Origin: a bacterium
Lineage (GTDB): Bacteria > Verrucomicrobiota > Kiritimatiellia > RFP12 > UBA1067
NCBI GenBank assembly: GCA_025360845.1
Contig: JANYBJ010000303.1
Span: 1,545 to 65,544, forward strand
Length of the DNA: 64,000 bases
Reading direction: 5' to 3'
Below the pieces are notes generated by a model that saw nothing but the letters and a program-made list of their open reading frames with translations, was not told where the DNA came from and ran no database searches. Both the position numbers and the translations under genes were made by a program. Shown here one piece after another: positions 17,896 to 26,995 of the stretch; position 1 is the stretch's first letter, and each line of letters opens with the position of its first letter.

Positions 17896-18639
17896 ATGCG
17901 GCACTTGAAAAAAGACTTCAGATTGGTGATTGCCCTTTCGGCGTTATCGATTATCTTCTTTGTGTTGAACTATGTGATCTTTGGCCGTGGCGAAGACATC
18001 CTGTTTTATCTGGTCGAAGACATCGCGTTTCTGTTTGTTCAGGTGCTGCTGGTCACGCTGATCATCCAGAGCATCCTTGACCGGCGCGACAAATCGGCGC
18101 GGATGGAAAAGATGAACATGGTGATCGGCGCATTCTTCTCCGAGGTGGGCACGTCGATGTTGGCCCTTTTCTCCGAATGGGGGCCGAACCGGACCACGAT
18201 GGCGGCGGAACTCAAGGTGGGCCAGGCTTGGACGGCAGATGACTTCACGAAAGTCCTGCGCTGGCTGGACGGATATGCGTATGAGTTGGATCAGAGGAAG
18301 GTGGACTGGACGCAACTGAAGTTGCTACTGCTGTCGCATCGAGAGTTCATGCTGCGGCTTATGGAGAGCCCGAACCTGCTGGAACACGAGGATTTCACGG
18401 GCCTGTTGCAGGCCGTCTTCCATTTGACCGAGGAGATGGCCGCGCGGAGTGATTTGACGGGTCTGCCAGATTCCGATCTGCGCCATCTGGCGGGCGACGT
18501 CAAGCGCGTCTACACGCCGCTGGTGCGGCAGTGGCTCCACTACATGCGCCATCTGCAACTGCAGTATCCTTATCTGTTCTCACTGGCGGCGCGGACAAAC
18601 CCCTTTGACAAAAACGCCTCGGCCATCGTCCGTAAGTAA
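17896..18639 (+). CDS. Hypothetical membrane-anchored protein (two N-terminal TM segments)
   Basis: 247 aa with protein-like composition and no recognisable family. Confidence 0.5.
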   Translation: MRHLKKDFRLVIALSALSIIFFVLNYVIFGRGEDILFYLVEDIAFLFVQVLLVTLIIQSILDRRDKSARMEKMNMVIGAFFSEVGTSMLALFSEWGPNRTTMAAELKVGQAWTADDFTKVLRWLDGYAYELDQRKVDWTQLKLLLLSHREFMLRLMESPNLLEHEDFTGLLQAVFHLTEEMAARSDLTGLPDSDLRHLAGDVKRVYTPLVRQWLHYMRHLQLQYPYLFSLAARTNPFDKNASAIVRK

Positions 18640-18648
18640 GGAGCGATA

Positions 18649-18677
18649 GAGGCCCGCCCGGCGGTCGGGCCCTACCT
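18649..18677. repeat. GC-rich palindromic REP-like element, copy 1 (AGGCCCGCCCGGCGGTCGGGCCCTACCT)
   Basis: Stem GGCCCG/CGGGCC. Near-identical copy at 23455-23482. Lies between convergent genes. Confidence 0.6.
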
Positions 18678-18701
18678 GGTGAACTGCGTGAGATGCGACT
18701 A

Positions 18702-18883
18702 TTAACCCGGTTCAGCCCATTGTCTGAGGTAATCGGCGGGCGGCAGGATGCGGATGGCGCTCCAGCAGCCAAGGGCAAGAAGATGCTGGTCGCCGGAGAC
18801 GATATGCGATCCCATACCTGGCCGGGAGTGCCGCCCCAGATCGGGCCTGATATCAGAACGTTCGTGTCGCAGACGATTCTCAT
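18702..18883 (-). pseudogene. PIN-domain toxin remnant (frameshifted and internally deleted)
   Basis: N-terminus MRIVCDTNVLISGPIWGGTPGQVWDRI in one frame, C-terminus HIVSGDQHLLALGCWSAIRILPPADYLRQW in another. Only ~60 codons remain in total, versus ~130-140 for intact PIN toxins. Confidence 0.6.
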
Positions 18884-19174
18884 GGCCGGGCAGGAGCGTT
18901 CGGACGGGTGCGCACCTCGCGGATGATGGCGTCCAACTCGTCAGCGGCCAGTTCATCCTTTGCAACGGGATAGGCCGCAAGACGTTCGCGGACCTCGCTC
19001 ACGCTCGGCGGTCGGCGCGTCGGCTTTTTGCGGCGCGTCGGCGTCAGACAGCGGGGCAATACGGAATGCGGGAGGGGAGTTCCGAACCACGATGAATGAT
19101 TCGCCACCCTCGGCGCGGTCGGCAATCGAGGCGAGGCTGTTTCGTATGTCCTGCATGGCAATCAGTGTATCCAT
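18880..19174 (-). pseudogene. Phd/YefM-type antitoxin, apparently frameshifted
   Basis: MDTLIAMQDIRNSLASIADRAEGGESFIVVRNSPPAFRIAPL (frame of 18953-19174) continues sensibly only in the other frame (SVSEVRERLAAYPVAKDELAADELDAIIREVR), which ends immediately before the PIN start codon. The shift lies near an A5 run and a 12-bp duplication (GCCGACGCGCCG). Confidence 0.5.
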
Positions 19175-19263
19175 GGAGTGTCTCCAAAGAAGGGTTCCGT
19201 ATGGTTTAACGATGGTTTAAGCGCATGGTTTGCCGGATGTCAATTGGCAAATAATTACAACAC

Positions 19264-19352
19264 CCAATATCCAACAAGGAATATCCAATGATCAAGTGAA
19301 GAGCGGTGATGCCGTTGGATATTGGACATTCCCTGTCCGTTATTGGATATTC
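19264..19352. repeat. Four copies of a 9-bp AT-rich box AATATCCAA (two direct, two inverted)
   Basis: Boxes at 19264-19275, 19279-19289 (+ orientation) and 19314-19325, 19342-19352 (inverted). Located just 3' of the parC stop and ~90-180 bp upstream of the antitoxin remnant. Confidence 0.6.
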
Positions 19353-19364
19353 AGCCGCTTTTAC

Positions 19365-21542
19365 TCACGTCAGGACGCCTTTGGGCGTGGTCTCGTTGTC
19401 GTCCCACCAGCCGGGCTTCTTGGTGGCGATTTTGGCGATGTCCTTGGAGGTCATCTGGATGCCCTTGGCGGAAACGCCCTTGACGAGAACCTCGCCGGGG
19501 CTGAACATCTGCTGGTGGATGCGCTGGGCCTTGGCGGGCTTGTACTTGACATACACCAGTTCGGGCACGCCCTCTTCGAACAGGAGCAACTTGCTCTTCT
19601 CCGGCGCGAGACGGTACTCTTTGTTCTGGATCGCTCCGCCGAAGGCGAAGCGCTTGATGTAGGTGAAGCCGTAGTGCGGTTCGGTGTAGACTGCGGTGAA
19701 TTCCTTGTCGCGGTCGAAGAGCTTGATGCACTCGTAGTTCTTATCCACGAAAAACTTGTCGGGCGGCGGCATCATCTTGTAGCGGCCGTCCGGCCACACC
19801 ACGAGGATCTTGTCGAGCGAGGAGCACTTGAAGAGTTCCTCGCCGCCGCGGATGTCGGTGCCGATGTAACCGTTCTCCGCGTCGATCTTGAGCGTCAGTT
19901 CCGTGGCGGTGAGCGCGCGCATTTCGATCTGCGCGAAGGGCTTGTCGGCGATGTGCGTCAGGCGCGGGTAGCGGTCTTTGTACTTCTTGACGAGGGCCTT
20001 GAGGTAGCGGACCGCGTAGGCGCGCAGGCCTTTGATGTTCTCGGCGACCTCGGACTCTTCCTTGAGAATGTTCTCGATCTCTTCGCGGTTTTTGTTGATG
20101 TCGTAGCGCGAGATGCGGCGGATCTTGATCTGGAGCAGGCCCTCCACGTCTTCGAGCGTGACGTCGCGGCGCAGCTTCTTGCGGAAGGGCTTGAAGCCGT
20201 CGAGCACGGCCTGCTGCACGGCCTCGTAGGTGACCTGCTCTTCGATGCGCTTGTAGATGCGCTCCTCGATGAAGATCTGCTCCAGCGTCTTGTAGTGGAA
20301 GAGGTCGTCGAGCTCGCGCTTGCGGAGTTCGAGTTCGCGGCTGAGGATGTCGAGGAGCTGGTCGGTGCAGGCCACGAGGATCTCGGCTACGGTCATCTCG
20401 CGCGGCCGGTTGCGGAAAAGCACGACCGGGCGGCTGGAGAGGGTCGATTCGCAGGAGGTGAAGGCGAAGAGCGCGGCGGTGGCCTGCTCCTGGGTGGCGC
20501 CGACGGTGAGGGTCAGTTCGATCTCGACTTTCTCGGCGGTGAAGTCGTTGATCTGGCGGACCGGCACCTTCTTGCGTGTGATGGCATCCTCGATGTCGGC
20601 GATGAGCGACTCGGTGGTCTGGCCCCAGGGCAGGGCGGTGATGACCAGCTTGTTGGGCTGGCGGTGCTCGATGGTGGCGCGGAGCTTGATGCGGCCGGCG
20701 CCGTCGGCGTACTCCGCGACATCCATCGAGCCGCCGGTCATGAAGTCCGGCAGCACCCGGAAGGGCTTCTTCTGGATGATCGCGATCTGGGCTTCGAGCA
20801 GCTCGATGAAATTGTGCGGCAGGATGGCGGTGGAGAGTCCCACGGCGATGCCGTCCGCGCCGAGCATCAGCAAGAGCGGCAACTTGGAGGGCAGGAGCAC
20901 AGGCTCCTTGTTGCGTCCGTCGTAACTGGGGATAAAGGTGGTCAGCTTGGGGTTGTAGATCTCGTTGCGGGCGAGTTCGGTGAGGCGGCACTCGATGTAA
21001 CGCGTGGCGGCCGCGGGGTCGCCGGTGAAGATGTTGCCGTAGTTTCCCTGGCCTTCGATCAGGTAGCGCTTGTTGGTGAGGTGGACGAGCGCGTCGCCGA
21101 TGGAGGCGTCGCCATGCGGATGGTACTGCATGGTGTGGCCGACCACGTTGGCGACCTTGATGAAGCGGCCGTCGTCCTTCTCCCAGAGCGCGTGCATGAT
21201 ACGGCGCTGCACGGGCTTGAGGCCGTCTTCGACGGTGGGGATGGCGCGGTTGCAGATGGTGTAGGAGGCGAACTGGAGAAAGTTCCCGTCCATGAGATCG
21301 CGCAGGGGGCCGGTGCCGCCGTGCGTGTTGGCGGCGAGCTGGCGCTCGGCGGCGGAGAGGTTAAGGCCTCCTTGCGTCTTGACGGGCGGCTCGCGGGGAC
21401 GCTCGCCCTCCAACTCCACATCCTTGTTCTGCGGCGCGGGGACGCCTTCAAAGAGCGGCAAATTGTCAAAGGCGAAGCTTGGCGGCTCGTTGGCGGGGTC
21501 GGGGTGTTGGCCCTTGGGGGGCTTTCCTGAAGGTTTGCTCAC
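19365..21542 (-). CDS. parC: Type IIA DNA topoisomerase subunit A (topoisomerase IV ParC-like)
   Basis: 725 aa. LKPVQRRIMHAL, YHPHGDASI, AAATRYIECRL (catalytic Tyr region), LLPSKLPLLLMLGADGIAVG. 4-nt overlap with the upstream B subunit gene. Confidence 0.85.
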   Translation of the reverse strand: MSKPSGKPPKGQHPDPANEPPSFAFDNLPLFEGVPAPQNKDVELEGERPREPPVKTQGGLNLSAAERQLAANTHGGTGPLRDLMDGNFLQFASYTICNRAIPTVEDGLKPVQRRIMHALWEKDDGRFIKVANVVGHTMQYHPHGDASIGDALVHLTNKRYLIEGQGNYGNIFTGDPAAATRYIECRLTELARNEIYNPKLTTFIPSYDGRNKEPVLLPSKLPLLLMLGADGIAVGLSTAILPHNFIELLEAQIAIIQKKPFRVLPDFMTGGSMDVAEYADGAGRIKLRATIEHRQPNKLVITALPWGQTTESLIADIEDAITRKKVPVRQINDFTAEKVEIELTLTVGATQEQATAALFAFTSCESTLSSRPVVLFRNRPREMTVAEILVACTDQLLDILSRELELRKRELDDLFHYKTLEQIFIEERIYKRIEEQVTYEAVQQAVLDGFKPFRKKLRRDVTLEDVEGLLQIKIRRISRYDINKNREEIENILKEESEVAENIKGLRAYAVRYLKALVKKYKDRYPRLTHIADKPFAQIEMRALTATELTLKIDAENGYIGTDIRGGEELFKCSSLDKILVVWPDGRYKMMPPPDKFFVDKNYECIKLFDRDKEFTAVYTEPHYGFTYIKRFAFGGAIQNKEYRLAPEKSKLLLFEEGVPELVYVKYKPAKAQRIHQQMFSPGEVLVKGVSAKGIQMTSKDIAKIATKKPGWWDDNETTPKGVLT

Positions 21543-23365
21543 GATAACGATTCCTCGGTGATCACCAGATGGTCCATGATGTACGATCGCCGCTCCTGGG
21601 TGTTGCGGCCCATGTAGAATTCGATGGTGTCGGTCAGCGCGTGGTCGTTGGTGCAGTCCACAGGCGTCAGGCGCATGCCTTTGCCGATGAAGGCCTTGAA
21701 CTCGCCGGGCGAGATTTCGCCGAGGCCTTTGAAGCGGGTGATCTCGGGGCTCTTACCGCACTTCTCGATGGCGCTGACGCGCTCCTCTTCGCTGTAACAG
21801 TAGAAGGTGTCTTTCTTGTTGCGCACGCGGAAAAGGGGCGTCTCAAGGATATAGAGGTGGCCCTCCTTGATGACGCGGTCGAAGAAGCGCAGGAAGATGG
21901 TGATCATCAGGTTGCGGATGTGGAGGCCGTCCACATCCGCGTCGGTGGCGAGGATGACCTTCTGGTAGCGGAGGTGGTCGACGGTCTCCTCGATGTCGAG
22001 GGTCTGCATGAGGTTGTAGATCTCGACGTTCTTGTAGAGCGCGTCCCGCTTGAGGTCGCAGACGTTGAGCGGCTTGCCCTTGAGGGTGAAGATGGCCTGG
22101 GTGTTGACGTCGCGGCAGCTTACGATGGAGCCGCCCGCGGACTGGCCCTCGACGACGAAGACCATGGTGTCGAGGCCGGTGCCCTTCTGCTTGTGCAGGT
22201 GGTGCTTGCAGTCCTTGAGCTGGGGCACGCGCACGGAGACGGCTCGGGCGCGGTCGCGGGAGAGTTTCTTGACGGCGTTGAGTTCGGCCCGCAGCTTGCC
22301 GGTCTCCTCGATTTTGCCGATGAGCTTGGCGGCCTCGGCAGGTTCGCGGTGCAACATCTCCTCGATGGCGCGTTTGATCTCCGCGACGAGGTCGGCGCGG
22401 ATCTCCTGGTTGCCGAGCTTGTTCTTGGTCTGCGACTCGAAGATCGGGTCCTTGAGGCGGATGGCGATGGCGCCGATGATGCCCTCGCGCACGTCGTCGC
22501 CGTCGAACTTCTTTTTGCTGAACTCGTTGACGGCTTTGAGGATGCCCTCTTTGAAAGCCGAGAGGTGGGTGCCTCCGTCATTGGTGAACTGGCCGTTGAC
22601 GAACGAGTAGTAGTCCTCGCTGAAGCGGTTGGTGTGGGTGAAGACCAGCTCGAGCGTCTTGGACCGGTAATGGAAAGGCTGGTAAAGTTTTTCGAACTGG
22701 GCTTCGTCGTGGATCAGGTCGAGCAGTCCGTTCTCGGAGACGAACTTGGTGCCGTTGACCTCGAGCGTGAGCCCGGCGTTGAGGTAGGCGTACATGCGCA
22801 TGCGGCGCGCGACGTGCTCCTCCCGGAACTGGTATTTTTTGAAGATCTCGGGGTCGGGCGTGAAACGCACGTAGGTGCCGTTGCGCTGGGACGTGGCGCA
22901 CTTGCCGCGTTTCTGCGAGACGAGGTCGCCCTGCTTGAAATAGGCCTCCGAGAAATCCCCGTCGCGGAAGGCGCGGACCTCGAAGGTCGTGGAGAGCGCG
23001 TTGACGGCCTTGGTGCCGACGCCGTTCATGCCGACGGAGAATTGGAAAGAGTCATCGTTGAACTTGCCGCCGGTGTTGATCTGGGAGACGCATTCGACCA
23101 CTTTGCCGAGCGGGATGCCGCGGCCGTAATCGCGCACGGAGACCTCGCCGGTGTTGTAGTTGATGGCGATTTCGATGCGCTTGCCGCAGCCCATGATGAA
23201 CTCGTCCACGGCGTTGTCGAGCACCTCTTTGAGGAGGACGTAGATGCCGTCTTCGTATTGGCTGCCGTCGCTGGTGCGGCCGATGTACATGCCGGTGCGT
23301 TTACGGATATGCTCAATCGCCGAGAGGGTCTGAATATGCTTGTCGTCGTACGTGTTTGCTGACAT
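21539..23365 (-). CDS. parE: Type IIA DNA topoisomerase subunit B (topoisomerase IV ParE-like)
   Basis: 608 aa. GHKL ATPase LKEVLDNAVDE, GRGIP, Toprim VEGQSAGGS, ILATDADVDGLHI. Confidence 0.88.
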   Translation of the reverse strand: MSANTYDDKHIQTLSAIEHIRKRTGMYIGRTSDGSQYEDGIYVLLKEVLDNAVDEFIMGCGKRIEIAINYNTGEVSVRDYGRGIPLGKVVECVSQINTGGKFNDDSFQFSVGMNGVGTKAVNALSTTFEVRAFRDGDFSEAYFKQGDLVSQKRGKCATSQRNGTYVRFTPDPEIFKKYQFREEHVARRMRMYAYLNAGLTLEVNGTKFVSENGLLDLIHDEAQFEKLYQPFHYRSKTLELVFTHTNRFSEDYYSFVNGQFTNDGGTHLSAFKEGILKAVNEFSKKKFDGDDVREGIIGAIAIRLKDPIFESQTKNKLGNQEIRADLVAEIKRAIEEMLHREPAEAAKLIGKIEETGKLRAELNAVKKLSRDRARAVSVRVPQLKDCKHHLHKQKGTGLDTMVFVVEGQSAGGSIVSCRDVNTQAIFTLKGKPLNVCDLKRDALYKNVEIYNLMQTLDIEETVDHLRYQKVILATDADVDGLHIRNLMITIFLRFFDRVIKEGHLYILETPLFRVRNKKDTFYCYSEEERVSAIEKCGKSPEITRFKGLGEISPGEFKAFIGKGMRLTPVDCTNDHALTDTIEFYMGRNTQERRSYIMDHLVITEESLS

Positions 23366-23454
23366 GGGAATGCTAAAAGAGTGGGTGGGAATTAAAGAAA
23401 AGCGCTCACAAAATTAGATAGGTCTCAACCGCTGGGCGAGCCCCAGGTCACGCG

Positions 23455-23482
23455 AGGCCCGCCCGGCGGTCGGGCACTACCT
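23455..23482. repeat. GC-rich palindromic REP-like element, copy 2 (AGGCCCGCCCGGCGGTCGGGCACTACCT)
   Basis: 27/28 identical to 18650-18677, same orientation. Lies between the PPIase 3' end and the parE 5' end. Confidence 0.6.
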
Positions 23483-23552
23483 TCATGCAGCCGCCCAGCG
23501 GCCAGGCACTGCCTGAAGCGTGCGGCGGAGTGATCTTGCCGGTAAGCCAAGC

Positions 23553-24188
23553 TTACTTGGTCGCTTCGGGCGCGGCGGCGTCGGCTTTGCGGCGGACGCT
23601 GTTGATGACGACCGGCTCGATTGGCACGTTCTGAAAGCGTCCCGAGGGATCGGTGCGGACTTTGGCGATCTTGTCGACCACCTCCATGCCATCGACGACT
23701 TTGCCGAACACGCAATACCCCCAGCCCGCATCGGTTTTCGCCTTGAAATCGAGGTGGCTGGAGTTGTCGACCAAATTGATGAAGAACTGGCTGGAGGCGC
23801 TGTCCACGATCATCGTGCGTGCCATGGCGAGCGTCCCGCGCTCGTTATGCAAACCGTTGTCCGCCTCATTCTTGATCGGCGCCTGGGTCTTCTTCTGGAT
23901 CATGTCGCGCGTGAAGCCGCCGCCCTGGATCATGAAACCGTCGATCACGCGGTGGAAGATCGTGGCATCGTAAAACTTGGCGTCGATGTAGGACAGCAGG
24001 TTGCTGACCGTACCGGGCGCCTTTGCGGTATAGAGTTCCGCCGTGATGGCGCCCATGCTGGTGTCGATGATAATCTGCACGTTCTTTAGCTCCTTAGGGG
24101 CTGACGCCTGCAAAGGAATGATTCCTTGAGAGACGTCGGCCTGTACAAACCCCGAACTCAAAAGCAATGCTGCTAATATCCCCTTCAT
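23553..24188 (-). CDS. ppiA: Cyclophilin-type peptidyl-prolyl cis-trans isomerase, secreted
   Basis: 211 aa. Signal peptide [39 protein letters not shown] motifs. Confidence 0.9.
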   Translation of the reverse strand: MKGILAALLLSSGFVQADVSQGIIPLQASAPKELKNVQIIIDTSMGAITAELYTAKAPGTVSNLLSYIDAKFYDATIFHRVIDGFMIQGGGFTRDMIQKKTQAPIKNEADNGLHNERGTLAMARTMIVDSASSQFFINLVDNSSHLDFKAKTDAGWGYCVFGKVVDGMEVVDKIAKVRTDPSGRFQNVPIEPVVINSVRRKADAAAPEATK

Positions 24189-24365
24189 ATTCTAGCCCCT
24201 CTTAGCTGTATAACAGGACATAGAATACGACGGTTGCGCTAGAAAATCCAGCCCAAAGTGTTGTTCGGCAATTTCAAAACCGGTTTCAAAAATCGCACCC
24301 GTCTTCTCTGGACTGGAGACTGTCAGGTGTTCTATTATACGCTTTTCAAATCAGAGGAGGGCGGC

Positions 24366-25694
24366 GTGTTCTGGGTCAGCAAAAGTCTGCATGTGATTGG
24401 CAATTGGCGGCGTCGCCTGCTGCTCTTTTTTGCCGTGTTGGGGCCGGGCATCATCACCATGGTGGCCGACAACGATGCCGGCGGCATCTCCACCTATTCC
24501 CAGACGGGGGCCAAAACCGGCTTCAATCTGCTGTGGGCGTTCATCATCCTGGTCCCCATGGCCTACTACGTGCAGGAAATGACGGTGCGTCTCGGCGCGG
24601 TGACCAAGCGCGGCCATGCCGAAGCCATTTTTGACGGGTTCGGCAAATTCTGGGGCTGGTTCTCCATTTTCGACCTGGCTTTGATCAACTGGCTGACGCT
24701 GGTCACGGAATACATCGGCATGACGCAGGCCATGGCCATGTTCAATATTCCGCCGCTGGTCACCTTTTTCGGCGTCACCTTTCTGCTGACGGGGATTGTC
24801 ATCACCGGCCGGTACTGGACGTTCGAGAAGATCACACTGATTTTCTGCCTGTTCAACCTGGTCTACATACCCGCCGCCATCTGGGCGATGAAGACCGGCA
24901 ACGTGGCGGACGGCTGGGGCGCCGTCGGGCGCGGGTTTTATGCGCCGCAGTTTCCGGGCGGTCTGACCGTGACCCTGATCACGCTGATTATGGCCAACAT
25001 CGGCACCACCATCACCCCCTGGCAGATTTTCTTCCAGCAGTCGGCGGTGGTGGACAAGGGAATGGACATACGCGACATCAAGCTGGGCAAGCTGGACACG
25101 TTCGCGGGCGCGCTCACCACCTGCATCGTGGCGGCGTTCATCATCATCGCCACGGCGGGCGTGTTCTACTATCACCCCGGCGGTCCGATCATGATCGAAT
25201 CGGCGGCGCAAGCGGCCGACAAGATGCCGGAGGTGATGGGTAACCACCATTGGGGAATCTGGGCGCGCGGCCTGTTTGCCATCGGCCTTTTCGATGCCGG
25301 ACTGCTGGGTGCGTTGTGCATTTCTCTGTCAACCTCATGGGCCATGGGGGAGGTCTTCGGCTGGGCGCACTCGCTCAACAAGAGCGTCCGCGAGGCCCCG
25401 TGGTTTTACGTGGCCTACACGCTCATGCTGCTGTCCGCCGGCGTGATCTCTCTGGTTGCCACAACGGCGGTGCAGGACGTGATCACCATCTTCGTCCAGG
25501 TGGTCGCCGTCACCCTCCTGCCGGCGGCGTTGTTCTTCCTGATCCTGATCCTGAACGACAGGCGGACGATGGGCGAGCACGTCAACACCCGCTGGCAGAA
25601 TATCGCCAACTGGTCCATCGCCCTCTTTGTGGTGGCCGTCTCGACCGTGTATGGCGTCTCAACGATCTTCCCCGAATGGTTTGGGGGGAAATAG
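24366..25694 (+). CDS. NRAMP-family (SLC11-like) transporter with non-canonical metal-site residues
   Basis: Multi-TM. TM1 GPGIITMVADNDAGGISTYSQTGA (canonical ..DPGN..) and TM6 IGTTITPWQIFFQQS (canonical GA.VMPHN.YLHS). Start placed at GTG 24366, 5 nt after AGGAGG. The ORF track starts at 24258. Confidence 0.8.
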   Translation: MFWVSKSLHVIGNWRRRLLLFFAVLGPGIITMVADNDAGGISTYSQTGAKTGFNLLWAFIILVPMAYYVQEMTVRLGAVTKRGHAEAIFDGFGKFWGWFSIFDLALINWLTLVTEYIGMTQAMAMFNIPPLVTFFGVTFLLTGIVITGRYWTFEKITLIFCLFNLVYIPAAIWAMKTGNVADGWGAVGRGFYAPQFPGGLTVTLITLIMANIGTTITPWQIFFQQSAVVDKGMDIRDIKLGKLDTFAGALTTCIVAAFIIIATAGVFYYHPGGPIMIESAAQAADKMPEVMGNHHWGIWARGLFAIGLFDAGLLGALCISLSTSWAMGEVFGWAHSLNKSVREAPWFYVAYTLMLLSAGVISLVATTAVQDVITIFVQVVAVTLLPAALFFLILILNDRRTMGEHVNTRWQNIANWSIALFVVAVSTVYGVSTIFPEWFGGK

Positions 25695-25704
25695 GATACA
25701 CACC

Positions 25705-26988
25705 ATGAACGCTCAACCCCATACGGTTGCCAAGCCCCCCGCCGCCGCGGGAGCGTCCCCGGAGTTCCGGTTTCATTACTTCACTGAACTGATGAAGCTG
25801 CCGGTTTGCGCAGGCAAGATCCGGGACCGGATCGGGCAGGTCAGCGACCTGGTGTTCAAGCTGTCCGAACCCTATCCGGAAGCGGTCGGCATCTATCTTT
25901 TCCATGGCTGGGGCAAGCCCACGGAGTTCATCCCCTGGGACAAGGTCGTGCGGATCGAGGACGACGCCATCTTTGTCACCCCTCCGCCGGAGGGCGGAAA
26001 ATATCCGCCGTTTGTCGAGCAGCCCGGCTGGCTGCAGGTCTTCGAGCACCTCATCGGGCGCACCATCCTGGACATGGACGGGCGGCGGGTCGAGGTGGTC
26101 AATGACGTGCAGCTGTTGGAGTCTGGCGGCCGCATGTTGCTGGTGCATGTGGACATCTCCTTCAACGGGTTTCTGCGCAAGTTCGGCCTGGGCAAGCTGG
26201 GCTGGCTGAAAGACGAGTTCATCTCCTGGCGCTACGTGCAGCCTCTTTCCGTTCAGGAGTCCGCGGGCGACGAGGCGGTGTCGCTGACCGTCACGCGTAA
26301 ACAGATGAAGGAGCTGCCCAGCGAGGACTTGGCCGACGCGTTGGAGGAGCTTTCGGACCGGGAGCAGCAGGCCATCATCTCCGTGCTCGACGACGAAAAG
26401 GCGGCCGACACGCTGATGGATGCCGAGCCGCGGGCGCAGCGGCAGATCATCGCCAGTCTGCGAAAGGAGCGGATGCGCACGTTGCTCACCCAGATGTCGG
26501 TGCCGCAACTGGCGGATCTGTTCACCGTGCTGCCGTACGATGAGAGCAAGAGGCTCATGGAAATGCTGCCGGCCGACGAGGCGGTCCGCATCCGGGCGAT
26601 TCTGTCCAGCCGCGAGGTGACCGCCCAGGCCTTGAGCACGGCCGAATACGTCACGACACCCAAGAATTCCACCGTGGGCGAGCTGTTGCAGAGGTTGCGT
26701 GCGACGGGACTTTCCCGGGACAGCATGACCTATGTCTATGTGGTCAACGAGGAGAAGGTCCTGCTGGGGGTGCTGGATCTTCGCGATCTGCTGCTGAGCC
26801 CCAACTCCGCCTCGCTGGAGAGCGTGATGATTTCACCGGTGGTCTCCGCGCAGGCGACGGATTTGCGGGACGATCTGATGGAGCTGTTAACCAAATACCA
26901 CTTCCGCGTGATCCCTGTCGTCGATGCGAAGGATCACCTGCTGGGCGTGGTTCATCATCGGGATATCATGGGTTCCGACAACCGTTGA
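25705..26988 (+). CDS. Soluble PRC-barrel + MgtE N-terminal domain + tandem CBS domain protein (no transmembrane domain)
   Basis: Start at MNAQPH (25705). Two PRC-barrel-like segments, an MgtE_N-like acidic helical region (LADALEELSDREQQAIISVLDDEKAADTLMDAEP...VPQLADLFTVLP), then two CBS repeats (VLLGVLDLRDLL, HLLGVVHHRDIM). Confidence 0.75.
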   Translation: MNAQPHTVAKPPAAAGASPEFRFHYFTELMKLPVCAGKIRDRIGQVSDLVFKLSEPYPEAVGIYLFHGWGKPTEFIPWDKVVRIEDDAIFVTPPPEGGKYPPFVEQPGWLQVFEHLIGRTILDMDGRRVEVVNDVQLLESGGRMLLVHVDISFNGFLRKFGLGKLGWLKDEFISWRYVQPLSVQESAGDEAVSLTVTRKQMKELPSEDLADALEELSDREQQAIISVLDDEKAADTLMDAEPRAQRQIIASLRKERMRTLLTQMSVPQLADLFTVLPYDESKRLMEMLPADEAVRIRAILSSREVTAQALSTAEYVTTPKNSTVGELLQRLRATGLSRDSMTYVYVVNEEKVLLGVLDLRDLLLSPNSASLESVMISPVVSAQATDLRDDLMELLTKYHFRVIPVVDAKDHLLGVVHHRDIMGSDNR

Positions 26989-26995
26989 GGTGCTT

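Noticed and set aside
19230-21530. 766-aa plus-strand ORF
   Set aside because: It lies antisense to the well-supported parC-like gene. Its composition (G/A/V/L/D/E runs, no motifs) is typical of GC-driven shadow ORFs.
21569-23362. 597-aa plus-strand ORF
   Set aside because: Antisense shadow of the parE-like gene, with no recognisable motifs.
19365-23365. Calling the type IIA topoisomerase pair DNA gyrase (gyrB/gyrA)
   Set aside because: The A subunit is short (725 aa) and I saw no GyrA-box-like motif. The B subunit (608 aa) lacks the long insertion seen in many GyrB proteins, and the gene order B-A with overlap fits ParE/ParC-like pairs. This is still only an inference.
24189-24365. Mn2+ (yybP-ykoY) or Mg2+ (M-box) riboswitch upstream of the NRAMP gene
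   Set aside because: I could not recognise the conserved cores of either class by eye. It is left as a check to run, not a call.
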